In this document: piece after piece, positions 1-8,530 of the stretch
Position numbering within the stretch: position 1 is the first letter of the stretch
Layout of the letters: each line of letters begins with the position of its first letter
NCBI GenBank assembly: GCA_030633565.1
Contig: DAOVSH010000002.1
Coordinates: 1 to 45,914, forward strand
Direction: 5' to 3'
Length of the DNA: 45,914 nt
Origin: Candidatus Cloacimonadota bacterium
GTDB lineage: Bacteria; Hydrothermota; E44-bin80
Notes under the pieces: generated by a model
Seen by the model: the letters and a program-made list of their open reading frames with translations, nothing else
Told to the model about the DNA's origin: nothing
Database searches by the model: none
Translations under genes and position numbers: made by a program

Positions 1-49
1 TCACATGGTAAAATGCTCCAGGATATTCTATTCTCGGTTTCCTCGCCAT
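1..49 (-). CDS. Y1 (IS200-like / COG1943 RayT-type) transposase. Only the first 16 codons are visible; the gene runs off the left edge.
   Basis: Minus-strand ATG at 49-47 with AGGAG (complement of 54-58) just upstream. It reads MARKPRIEYPGAFYHV and then leaves the window. The MAR.PRIE..GA.YHV N-terminus is typical of Y1_Tnp-family transposases. With only 16 codons seen, the call is tentative. Confidence 0.45.
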   Translation of the reverse strand, partial: MARKPRIEYPGAFYHV

Positions 50-130
50 ATATCTCCTATACCAAATTTATACCAATCTGTCAATCATAAATTACAGATT
101 CCAGCCTGACCCCAGTCTGTCACAGTGTGT

Positions 131-1162
131 CTAGGCTCCCGTATCGGCGGTGTCGTTGACTAGAACGATTCGGTAGCGTGCCTTGTTCGCCTTCACCTTC
201 CGAATCGCTTCGTTTACCTCCGTCATGGGCATCAACTCCACCTTGGGCACGATGCCGTGCGCATGTGCGAATGAGAGCATCTCCCGCATTGTGGCCCGGT
301 TGCCGAGGAAGGAACCGGTGATCGACAGTTGGTGCGTCACGAGGTCGGTCGAATTGAGCGCCACGTCTGGAAAGCCGAGAAGGACCAGCCTCCCATTTTT
401 TTTCAAGGTGTTCAGCAGCGCCTCCCAATTGATCTTGCCGTGGGCGGTGCATAGAAGCAGGTCGAAGCCGAACACAACCTGCCGCAAGCTGGTCTGGTCG
501 TCCGAAACGATGAAGTGGTCTGCGCCGAAGGCAAGCGCCTGCTCCTTCTTCTCTGGAGAGGAAGAAATGGCGGTGACTTCGTAGTCGAGGGCGCGGGCGA
601 ACTGTAATGCGAGGTGGCCCAGCCCTCCCACACCGATGATGCCGATTTTCTGCGCGGGTTGCGCGGCGTACGATCGGAGCGGGGAGTAAACCGTGATCCC
701 GGCGCACACGAGCACCGCGGCCACCTCAGAGGGCATGGTGTCAGGCAGCGGGTAGGCGAAGCGGCTATCCACAAGGACAGAGGACGAGAAGCCGCCATAG
801 GGGACCCACGTTCCCGACGAGACAATGTCCAGGCAGAGCTGCTCTTCGCCCTGCAAGCACCACTCACATTGCATGCAAGAACGGCCCTGCCAACCGATGC
901 CGACCCGGTCCCCTTCCTTCAGGCCGGATGCCGCGCGGCCCACAGCCGACACGTACCCAACGATCTCGTGACCGGGGACAAAGGGAAAGGTAGTTATTCC
1001 GTAGTAGTCGTTGATGGCGTGGATGTCGGTATGGCACACACCGCAGTGCGTGACCGAGACCCGGACATCATGCTCCCCTAGTTTGGGTGGCTCGTAGGTG
1101 AATGGCTCGAGCGGCTGTCCCACCGCTCTCGCTGCGTATCCCAAGACCCTCGAAGAAGACAT
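131..1162 (-). CDS. NAD(P)-dependent zinc alcohol dehydrogenase (MDR family, cinnamyl-alcohol-dehydrogenase/YahK-like)
   Basis: 343-aa ORF with catalytic-zinc motifs (CGVCHTD, GHEIVGYV), a structural-zinc Cys cluster (CMQCEWCLQGEEQLC) and a Rossmann motif (IGIIGVGGLGH). GGAGG RBS upstream. It is strikingly GC-rich compared with the rest of the window. Confidence 0.9.
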   Translation of the reverse strand: MSSSRVLGYAARAVGQPLEPFTYEPPKLGEHDVRVSVTHCGVCHTDIHAINDYYGITTFPFVPGHEIVGYVSAVGRAASGLKEGDRVGIGWQGRSCMQCEWCLQGEEQLCLDIVSSGTWVPYGGFSSSVLVDSRFAYPLPDTMPSEVAAVLVCAGITVYSPLRSYAAQPAQKIGIIGVGGLGHLALQFARALDYEVTAISSSPEKKEQALAFGADHFIVSDDQTSLRQVVFGFDLLLCTAHGKINWEALLNTLKKNGRLVLLGFPDVALNSTDLVTHQLSITGSFLGNRATMREMLSFAHAHGIVPKVELMPMTEVNEAIRKVKANKARYRIVLVNDTADTGA

Positions 1163-1300
1163 TCGCAGGACCTCCTCTTATCTCTTTATAAATCAATTAT
1201 ATATTGCGCTTTCTTGCTATGATTCTTCAGTACGAAGACTGTGGTGTTTTGTTCGTAATATTAAACGAACTTGATCTAATAATTTAGGTTTCACAGTAAC

Positions 1301-1329
1301 ATATTATCGAAAAATCAATATTTTGTCAA
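1301..1329 (-). promoter_or_regulatory. sigma70-type promoter upstream of the ADH gene
   Basis: Minus strand TTGACA (1329-1324), 17-nt spacer, TAATAT (1306-1301). It lies in AT-rich DNA about 140 nt upstream of the ADH start. Confidence 0.4.
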
Positions 1330-1420
1330 GGGGAAAAAATGCAGAAAAAAAGCTAAACGCCATAAATGCTCAAACGGTCGAATCGATAATATACTTCAAC
1401 TTTTCTGTATTCTTTTAAAC

Positions 1421-1915
1421 TTATATTTCGTTATTGATTCTTTTCTGGTATTTCTCTGGAAGAAGGTATACTGCTAATTTGACTAAAGTAACTGTTCGCC
1501 TACCCAGTGTTGATTTTTTTATGAAATTCTTCCCCCCAGGAATGAATGTATAAATGAGTAAAGAAATGAGCCCTGCAATGATTACTCCTTTCAAAAGACC
1601 AAAAATGCTACCAATAATTCTATCTAACCACGAGAGACGGATAAATTTTATTGCTTTCTTTAAGAACATACCAATTGCTATTATTACAGCAGCAGAGACA
1701 AGGAAAAGGATAATGAAACTAATAATCAATGCCAATGGTTCGCTCTTGACAAGTTGAATAACATACGGTTTAACGATAAACGAATACTTCATTGCTACTA
1801 TAAAACCGATAATGAGTCCCGACAGAGCAAATATTTCGCTTATGAAGCCTTTAAGCAAACCATAAAGAAAACCCGCAGCCACAATTGCCACAATAAAAAT
1901 ATCAAACCAGAACAT
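1421..1915 (-). CDS. cvpA: CvpA-family integral membrane protein
   Basis: 164 aa with four hydrophobic segments. The N-terminus MFWFDIFIVAIVAAGFLYGLLKGF is typical of CvpA. AAGGAG RBS upstream. Confidence 0.75.
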   Translation of the reverse strand: MFWFDIFIVAIVAAGFLYGLLKGFISEIFALSGLIIGFIVAMKYSFIVKPYVIQLVKSEPLALIISFIILFLVSAAVIIAIGMFLKKAIKFIRLSWLDRIIGSIFGLLKGVIIAGLISLLIYTFIPGGKNFIKKSTLGRRTVTLVKLAVYLLPEKYQKRINNEI

Positions 1916-1945
1916 TTTTACTCCTTTTCTTTCACCCCCTCTTTA

Positions 1946-2046
1946 ATTCTCCCCCATCAAGGGGGAGAAAATTGAAAGGGATTTCTCCCCCATCAAGGGG
2001 GAGAAAATTGAGAGGTATTTCTCCCGCATCAAGGAGGAGAAAATTT
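1946..2046. repeat. Three tandem units of about 36 nt, each containing an 8-bp perfect palindrome (TCTCCCCC-ATCAA-GGGGGAGA)
   Basis: Copies lie at 1946-1980, 1981-2016 and 2017-2046. The third is degenerate (TCTCCCGC..GGAGGAGA) and encodes the last codons and the stop of the upstream CDS. Confidence 0.85.
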
Positions 2047-3072
2047 ATTAGTTATTTTCTTCAGTTTCTCAAATCCAACCATTCTTATTAACACAAAACC
2101 ACCAATAATTACGGAAATATAGAAGGTAAAAAACCTCCAGAGAAGCACATACACCCCGAGAAGTTCCTTTGGACAAATTAAAGCAAAAACAGAAAAACCT
2201 CCTAACTCGGCAATTCCACTTGCTCCCGGCGTAGGAATAAAAACAAGAAGATATGTAAGAACCAATTGCAGTATTGCAGCTTTCACTATAGGAACCGGAA
2301 CACCTAGACCATAGAGCAAGCACGGAGCTATTAAAAAATAGATCCCCATGGAGATAATGGTAAGAAGGAAAGATAAAAGGGTCTTCCATTTACCTACTTT
2401 AAAAAATAATCCCATACTTTTCTTAAAATTAGAAACCTCATTGAGAGTTCGATCGACAAATCTGCGCGGTCTATCACTCTTTATTATTTTTATCTTTCTA
2501 AGAAAATCCCCAAATTTGTGAAGTACTTTTCTAACCACTTCTGTTTTAAAGAGAATGAGTAAAAGAAGGATAATTGCTATTAAGTAAAAGAAAAAGAGGT
2601 AATTTAGAATGGATTTTAATACCTGTGCAGTAGAAATAATATGATAGTATGAGATTATTCCCGGGAGTGCAACAAACACAACCCCCAGACCAAGAACTGC
2701 CCTGAAAAGGATAACAGCTGTTCCCTCGCCTATGTTAAAACCCTCACGCTTAAGAATATATACCTGTAGAGGAATTCCTCCAGATTGAAACGGTGTTACT
2801 GCACCAAGAAATAAGCCCCCCATAGTAAATTCTATACTGCTTTTAAATGATATAAATCTTCCAAGAGCCCAGGTAAGAACCTGAAGTCTTAAAAAATCAA
2901 GATATAAATGAAGTAGTGCTAAGAACAAAGAAAGTAAAAGAAACAGGGGAACCATCTGCCCAAGGGCTATGTATGTACCCTTATTAACGGTAAAAACCAG
3001 GACACCTATTATCGCAATTATTGTTATAATCAGGAAAATCCTTAATCCTCTTATTATATCTTTCTTTTCCAT
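2029..3072 (-). CDS. Flippase-like / lysylphosphatidylglycerol-synthase-TM (UPF0104) family membrane protein
   Basis: 347-aa polytopic protein with PTPGASGIAELGG and LWRFFTFYI motifs typical of the family. Confidence 0.8.
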   Translation of the reverse strand: MEKKDIIRGLRIFLIITIIAIIGVLVFTVNKGTYIALGQMVPLFLLLSLFLALLHLYLDFLRLQVLTWALGRFISFKSSIEFTMGGLFLGAVTPFQSGGIPLQVYILKREGFNIGEGTAVILFRAVLGLGVVFVALPGIISYYHIISTAQVLKSILNYLFFFYLIAIILLLLILFKTEVVRKVLHKFGDFLRKIKIIKSDRPRRFVDRTLNEVSNFKKSMGLFFKVGKWKTLLSFLLTIISMGIYFLIAPCLLYGLGVPVPIVKAAILQLVLTYLLVFIPTPGASGIAELGGFSVFALICPKELLGVYVLLWRFFTFYISVIIGGFVLIRMVGFEKLKKITNKFSPP

Positions 3073-3090
3073 TCTCTTAAAACTTTTTTC

Positions 3091-4152
3091 CTACCGTTTT
3101 CTCCGCACGCTTTTCTTTTTATATTTCTCTATTTCTTCTTCCTCTCCCCTCTGAAGCATCCGTATAATAACAAATCCTCCAATTGCTGCTCCAATATAGA
3201 ATGTGAAAAATCTCCACAGAACAACATAAACACCGAGGAGGTGCACCGGACTTATACGTTTAAAAAGTGATACAAAAGCAGCCTCTGATACCCCACTTGC
3301 TCCTGGCGTTGGAACAAAAAAGAGTAAAAACTTAAGGATGAGCTGAAGATAAATCGTTTCAAGTATGGGTGGATGTTCACCAAGTCCAAGCAACATTATC
3401 GGTGCAATAAGAAATAGAGAAATATATGAAATAATGGTTACAAAAAAAGCGAGTAGGAGCTTTAGTTTCTGTCTGCTAAAATAGGCTCGTAAGCTTTTTC
3501 TAAAATCCTCTACTTCAACGAACAATCTTCTAAAGAGACGCAGTAATCTCTTTGTTTTCACAATCCTTCTTCTCTTTAAGAAAAAGTAAAAACGGTACAA
3601 GACTTTCTTAAAGATTTTTGGATTTAGAATCAATATGATAAGGAGGAAAATCCCAATTCCGTAAATAATGAAAAGATATCTCATAAGTGCTTGTGTTACT
3701 TTACCTGTTAGTAATCCTTTATAGTAAAAGAATATTAACGGCACAACAAAAATGAAAATGAAGAGCTCGAGTATCCCCCTAAACAGAAGAATTACACTTC
3801 CTTTTCCAATAGAAATATCTTCTTTCTTCAGAATGTATAATTGAACGGGAAGTCCACCCGTCTGGAACGGTGTAACAGCAGCGAGGAAAAGCCCTGATGT
3901 AATAACTGAAATTGCAGTTTTGATACTAATCCGTTTCCCGAGTGCTGAACTAAGTATCTGGACTCTGAGCCCGTCCATAGTGATATACAAACCCCAGAGA
4001 ACAAAACATAAAGCCAGATAAATAATTTTAAAATCTTTCAGTGATGCCCATGTGCGCTTATCAAGCGTCAGAGTCATAATAACAATAATGGTCAAAACCG
4101 TTATTATTAAAAATACACGCAATCCTATATTAACCTTTCTTCTTAATGTCAA
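3091..4152 (-). CDS. Flippase-like (UPF0104) family membrane protein, tandem paralogue
   Basis: 353 aa. It shares PTPGASGVSEAAF and LWRFFTFYI with the downstream paralogue. The TTG start at 4152 overlaps the lpxK stop. Confidence 0.8.
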   Translation of the reverse strand: MTLRRKVNIGLRVFLIITVLTIIVIMTLTLDKRTWASLKDFKIIYLALCFVLWGLYITMDGLRVQILSSALGKRISIKTAISVITSGLFLAAVTPFQTGGLPVQLYILKKEDISIGKGSVILLFRGILELFIFIFVVPLIFFYYKGLLTGKVTQALMRYLFIIYGIGIFLLIILILNPKIFKKVLYRFYFFLKRRRIVKTKRLLRLFRRLFVEVEDFRKSLRAYFSRQKLKLLLAFFVTIISYISLFLIAPIMLLGLGEHPPILETIYLQLILKFLLFFVPTPGASGVSEAAFVSLFKRISPVHLLGVYVVLWRFFTFYIGAAIGGFVIIRMLQRGEEEEIEKYKKKSVRRKR

Positions 4153-5201
4153 ATCAACTCCTTTTCTTTGAGTAACGATTTAAATCTCTTCTCATTCTCT
4201 AAAGAAAGTTCTATCGGTAGGGAGTAAAGCGGTACAGGCAATTTAGTAGCATAATCTTTAATAGAATATAAATCCTTCTCTGTGGTAACAATCGCATCAA
4301 TTGTATGTTCATCAACAAGTCTTTTTATTCTTTTAATATCTCTCATTGAATAACTATGATGGTCTAAATAGCTCTCAGAGTGGATTACATTTAGACCCGA
4401 CGACTTCAATGTTAAAAGAAATGACTTATTATTTCCAATCGACGAGATAGAAAGTATTCTTTTTCTTTTGAGGTTGGACAGGTTAACAGTTTCATTTTCA
4501 GGAATTTTCACAAAAGACAAAGGATTATGAAAAGATAAGAAGAGAGGAATAGTACTACTGTATCTTCTCACTAATCTTTCAATTCTTCTAATCTGATTAT
4601 CCTTAGCCTGATTACAGCGCGTGATGACAACTATATCTGCTCTTCTTATCGCATCCAATGGTTCTCTCAATTTCCCTGCTGGAAGAATCATGGAATCCAT
4701 AAAATTATCACTTGCATCAAGCAGGAGAATATCCACATCTCTTTCTATTGAAAATGATTGAAATCCATCATCAAGTATTATAATATCTGGTTCATATTTT
4801 TCAATTGCATAGGACAATCCCTCTTTTTTATCCCGTGAAACAACAACAGGAACCGCAGTCCTTTTTCCTATTAACCAGGGTTCATCCCCTGATTCTATTT
4901 CATCACCTTTATCCCGAATGTCAACAAGCCTGTTCTTTCCTTTTCGTTTATATCCTCTGCTCACAACCACAATCTTCTTATCAGCTCGTTTCAAAAAATT
5001 CACAAGGAAGATTACAAAAGGTGTTTTACCTGTACCTCCAACAGTTAAGTTCCCGACACTCACTATCTTCTTAGAAAATCCTTTTTGCTTAATAATTCTA
5101 TATCTGTAAGCGGCTTTGTGTATATTTTGCAGAAACTGATAAAGGTAGGATATGGGAATAAGCAGGAAATAAAAAACTCTATAGAGTTGATGTATATTCA
5201 T
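4149..5201 (-). CDS. lpxK: Tetraacyldisaccharide 4'-kinase
   Basis: 350 aa. N-terminal TM followed by the VGNLTVGGTGKTP P-loop characteristic of LpxK. It sits directly downstream of waaA. Confidence 0.9.
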   Translation of the reverse strand: MNIHQLYRVFYFLLIPISYLYQFLQNIHKAAYRYRIIKQKGFSKKIVSVGNLTVGGTGKTPFVIFLVNFLKRADKKIVVVSRGYKRKGKNRLVDIRDKGDEIESGDEPWLIGKRTAVPVVVSRDKKEGLSYAIEKYEPDIIILDDGFQSFSIERDVDILLLDASDNFMDSMILPAGKLREPLDAIRRADIVVITRCNQAKDNQIRRIERLVRRYSSTIPLFLSFHNPLSFVKIPENETVNLSNLKRKRILSISSIGNNKSFLLTLKSSGLNVIHSESYLDHHSYSMRDIKRIKRLVDEHTIDAIVTTEKDLYSIKDYATKLPVPLYSLPIELSLENEKRFKSLLKEKELI

Positions 5202-5206
5202 TACAC

Positions 5207-6466
5207 TTAAATGATAGCATTTTCTTCAAGGGATTTTATATAATTATCCACAACTCCTCTTTTCTGCTTAAGGTAGTTTCTTGAATTCTCACCCATCTTT
5301 TTTCTTCGAGATGGATGATTTAATAAATATTTGATTACCTCCTTAAAATCCTTTCCATTTTTAATACTAATTGCACTATCTGATTCAAGGAGTTCCTTTG
5401 CAGTCTCCCTTGTATTATTAATATATGGACCAAAAAGAATAGGAACACCGAAATAAGCTGGCTCTATAAGATTGTGTCCGCCGTAAGGAAGAAGGGTTCC
5501 ACCTACAAAAGCAATATCAGCAACAGAATAGACACTCCTCAATTCACCCATAGTATCGAGTATCAGGACAGTTTCTCCATTGTACGAAGATTTTTCAGTC
5601 CTCTTCATGTATCTTAAATTTTCTCTCCTTAAAATGTTTTCAATTTCACTTACCCTATTCAAATGCCTTGGAGCAATAATAAGAAAGGTTTCATTTAGTT
5701 CCTCTTTTACCGACTTAAAAACCTTTATAATAATTTCCTCTTCTCCTTTCCTTACACTTCCAGCAACAATAACTGATTTATGTGAAGGTATTGAAAGAAG
5801 TTCTTTTGTAAGAATTTCAGGATGAGAATTATCGGATTTCAATGAACCTGTCACTCTAACCTTCGTTTTACTCATTCCAAGCCTCAAAAACTTATGCGCT
5901 TCACCATTACTTTGAGAAAAAATAACATCAATTTGATTAAATAGCTGCTGACTCATGTAGCGCAATCGGAGATATCTCTTAAAGGTCTTATCTGATAATC
6001 TTCCATTTGCTAAAACAATCTTCACTCCTCTTCTTCTGCACAAAAAAATCAATGTTGGCCAGATCTCTGTCTCTATTAAAATTAACGTGTCAGGATTTAT
6101 TCTCCTGATAGCATTTCTAATTAAAGGAAAGAAATCAAAAGGAAGAAGCACGAAATTATTTATACCTTTTATAATCTTCATTGCTCTTTCTTTGCCACTT
6201 ACAGTCATTGAGGAAATAACAATTCTTTTCTTTGGGAATTTCTCTCTTATTCGCATTGCTAATTGACTTGCTGCCGTTATCTCTCCAAGCGAAGCACCAT
6301 GAATCCAGATACACTTCTCATCCTGTGAGGAATTAAACGAATACACACCCATTCTTTCTCTCCATTCAAAGGAAGAAGTTATTCTTTTAAAAATAGTATA
6401 CGGAAACATTATAATATAAACAACTCCCCAGAGCAAATTGTAGAAAAACATGAATATTACATTCAT
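5207..6466 (-). CDS. waaA: 3-deoxy-D-manno-octulosonic acid (Kdo) transferase
   Basis: 419 aa with an N-terminal TM, a WIHGASLGE motif and a C-terminal GT-B half typical of WaaA/KdtA. Confidence 0.9.
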   Translation of the reverse strand: MNVIFMFFYNLLWGVVYIIMFPYTIFKRITSSFEWRERMGVYSFNSSQDEKCIWIHGASLGEITAASQLAMRIREKFPKKRIVISSMTVSGKERAMKIIKGINNFVLLPFDFFPLIRNAIRRINPDTLILIETEIWPTLIFLCRRRGVKIVLANGRLSDKTFKRYLRLRYMSQQLFNQIDVIFSQSNGEAHKFLRLGMSKTKVRVTGSLKSDNSHPEILTKELLSIPSHKSVIVAGSVRKGEEEIIIKVFKSVKEELNETFLIIAPRHLNRVSEIENILRRENLRYMKRTEKSSYNGETVLILDTMGELRSVYSVADIAFVGGTLLPYGGHNLIEPAYFGVPILFGPYINNTRETAKELLESDSAISIKNGKDFKEVIKYLLNHPSRRKKMGENSRNYLKQKRGVVDNYIKSLEENAII

Positions 6467-7119
6467 CTAAAACTCTCTGCTATCCTGTTTAATTCATTGA
6501 GTTCCTGTGTAAGAGAATCCCTAATAACATTATCTTCCTCACTCTTCTTGAGTATATGAACATTTCCAAAAACTATGGATATCCTGCTCATTGGAAGAGG
6601 AAACATGAAACGGTCCCAGCTGGAAAAGTACTTTGCACACTTTGCTCCAATTCCTATAGGAACTATCGGTCTTCCTGAAAACTTTGCTATTGCGATTGCA
6701 CCACCCGAGAAATGATATGGGGGACCTTTCGGACCATCGGGAGTAATCGCAAGGTCAAACTGCTTTATTGCTTTCACCATCAATCGACATGCCTTCATTC
6801 CTCCACTTGTTGAAGAACCCCTTATAACAGTGAAGCCAAGAAACTTCAGAGCACGAGCGATTAATTCACCATCCCGATGCCGAGAAACCAGTATATTCAT
6901 TCTACTTGTTCTTTGCAGATAAAGAAGGGGGAAAAATTTCTGATGCCAGAAAACAAATATACAATTCCCCCCAGATTTTGCTTTCGTGTATGAATGCATG
7001 TTTTTATAAGAATACCGCAGGGTTAACCCTATCGACCGCACAATGAAAATGATCAAAAACGGCAGAATAAAAATTGAAATATTTTTAAACACTTTTTTGA
7101 ATGCACTCTTTCTCTTCAT
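6463..7119 (-). CDS. DUF374-domain (lysophospholipid-acyltransferase-like) protein
   Basis: 218 aa with an N-terminal TM and a PDGPKGP motif typical of DUF374. ATGA overlap with waaA and a 35-nt overlap with the lpxB 3' end. Confidence 0.75.
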   Translation of the reverse strand: MKRKSAFKKVFKNISIFILPFLIIFIVRSIGLTLRYSYKNMHSYTKAKSGGNCIFVFWHQKFFPLLYLQRTSRMNILVSRHRDGELIARALKFLGFTVIRGSSTSGGMKACRLMVKAIKQFDLAITPDGPKGPPYHFSGGAIAIAKFSGRPIVPIGIGAKCAKYFSSWDRFMFPLPMSRISIVFGNVHILKKSEEDNVIRDSLTQELNELNRIAESFR

Positions 7120-8239
7120 CTTTTCCTCTACACTCTTTCACAATTATTTCTGCTGCATTCGGTGCCGCACCCTTCTGACCGAGCATTTTTTTAACTTCAT
7201 TGAGTTCAACTTTAATCTTATCAGCATAACCTTCATCATCAAGTATTTTAAGGATCTCTTCTGATATTTGATTAATCTTTATAGCGTACTGAATATATTC
7301 CCGTATAATCCTCTTTCCTCTTACGATGTTAACAAGACTAATGTACGGAAGTTTTATTAATTGTTTTACAATAAGATACGTTACAATCGAAACTTTATAG
7401 ACAATAACACCCGGGGTTCCTAACAGGGCAGTCTCAAGGGTTACAGTACCTGATGCTGCAATTACAGCATCGGCAACATTGATACCATCAGAGGTTTCAT
7501 CATGAATAACTTCAACATCCTGTTCTTCAGGTAATAAACCTTCTATCTCATCAGAAATAGTAGGAAGAATAAACTGCACATCTTTCCTTCTCTTTTTTAT
7601 CTCCTTTGAAATATCAAACATAACGGGTAATAGCCTCTTTATTTCACCCTCTCTACTTCCGGGAAGCAGGGCAATTATAGGTTTCTTTGAATCCAATTTG
7701 TGCTCTAAGCAAAATTCTACCTTACTCCTTTTCAGCCTCATCTCATCAAGAATTGGATGCCCGACAAAATCCGTCCTAATTCCATACGAAGAGAGAATCT
7801 TCTTCTCAAAAGGAAATATCACAAGTGCATGATCAACATTTTTATACAAACTGCGCAATCTCCAACCGCCCCATGCCCATACCTGCGGGGTAATATAGTA
7901 AATAACCTTTATTCCTAAGTCTTTTGCAAATTCAGCAAGTCGGAGATTAAACCCGGGAGAATCAATAAGAATAAGAGCGTCTGGTTTCTCAGATTTCATC
8001 TTTTTAATAAGCGTACGTAATATTCTTTTAATACTTTTCACCTTCTTAAGAACTTCCCAAAATCCTATTACAGAAAGATTCTCGATGGGGAAGAAAAGCT
8101 GTACGCCTTCATCCTCCATCCACTTTCCTCCAATACCAAAAAACTTACTATCTGGAAGTATTTTTTTTATCTCTTTTATAAGAAAAGAGGCATGTAAATC
8201 ACCCGATGCCTCACCCGTAATGACGAAAAACTTAACCAT
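7085..8239 (-). CDS. lpxB: Lipid-A-disaccharide synthase
   Basis: 384 aa. The N-terminal VITGEASGDLH motif and the overall GT19 layout match LpxB. Confidence 0.9.
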   Translation of the reverse strand: MVKFFVITGEASGDLHASFLIKEIKKILPDSKFFGIGGKWMEDEGVQLFFPIENLSVIGFWEVLKKVKSIKRILRTLIKKMKSEKPDALILIDSPGFNLRLAEFAKDLGIKVIYYITPQVWAWGGWRLRSLYKNVDHALVIFPFEKKILSSYGIRTDFVGHPILDEMRLKRSKVEFCLEHKLDSKKPIIALLPGSREGEIKRLLPVMFDISKEIKKRRKDVQFILPTISDEIEGLLPEEQDVEVIHDETSDGINVADAVIAASGTVTLETALLGTPGVIVYKVSIVTYLIVKQLIKLPYISLVNIVRGKRIIREYIQYAIKINQISEEILKILDDEGYADKIKVELNEVKKMLGQKGAAPNAAEIIVKECRGKDEEKECIQKSV

Positions 8240-8245
8240 CGACTA

Positions 8246-8274
8246 TTTATACCACAATTCCCCTGCTTTGTCAA
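8246..8274 (-). promoter_or_regulatory. sigma70-type promoter of the lpxB operon; predicted leaderless
   Basis: Minus strand TTGACA (8274-8269), 17-nt spacer, TATAAA (8251-8246). Only 6 nt (TAGTCG) then precede the lpxB ATG at 8239. Confidence 0.4.
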
Positions 8275-8381
8275 CTTTCAGTTAACATTTCTATCAGATA
8301 ATTTCACTACATGAATAAAGACAAATTTTTAGCATTTCATACATTTTTCAACCCGACCCCCTGACTCCTCCAAGAAAAACC

Positions 8382-8410
8382 TTGACAAATAGACAAAATT
8401 ATACTATATT
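8382..8410 (+). promoter_or_regulatory. sigma70-type promoter of the riboflavin operon
   Basis: TTGACA (8382-8387), 17-nt spacer, TATATT (8405-8410). The predicted TSS near 8417 coincides with the 5' end of riboswitch helix P1. Confidence 0.5.
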
Positions 8411-8416
8411 TTAATA

Positions 8417-8530
8417 CTTTCTTCGGGGCGGGGTGAAAGTCCCCACCGGCGGTAAAGCCCGCGACTCCTGAGAAGGATTGATCTGGTTAGATTCCAGAGC
8501 CGACAGTTAAAGTCTGGATGGAAGAAGGAA
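8417..8530 (+). promoter_or_regulatory. FMN riboswitch (RFN element) aptamer
   Basis: Contains the conserved RFN blocks GGGGTGAAAGTCCCCACCGGCGGTAAAGCCCGCGA and GCCGACAGTTAAAGTCTGGATGGAAGAAGG. P1 can form between TTCTTC (8419-8424) and GAAGAA (8521-8526). It sits upstream of ribD. Confidence 0.92.

Noticed and set aside
120-1081. Four long ORFs overlapping the ADH gene in other frames and on the other strand (120-707, 183-584, 412-867, 614-1081)
   Set aside because: Their products are Arg/Pro/Ala-rich and low in complexity, as expected for out-of-frame ORFs in GC-rich DNA. The 131-1162 frame has clear MDR-dehydrogenase motifs.
1946-2046. A possible CRISPR array formed by the 36-nt palindromic repeats
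   Set aside because: The units are directly abutting with no spacers, there are only three copies, one overlaps a CDS end, and no cas genes are present.
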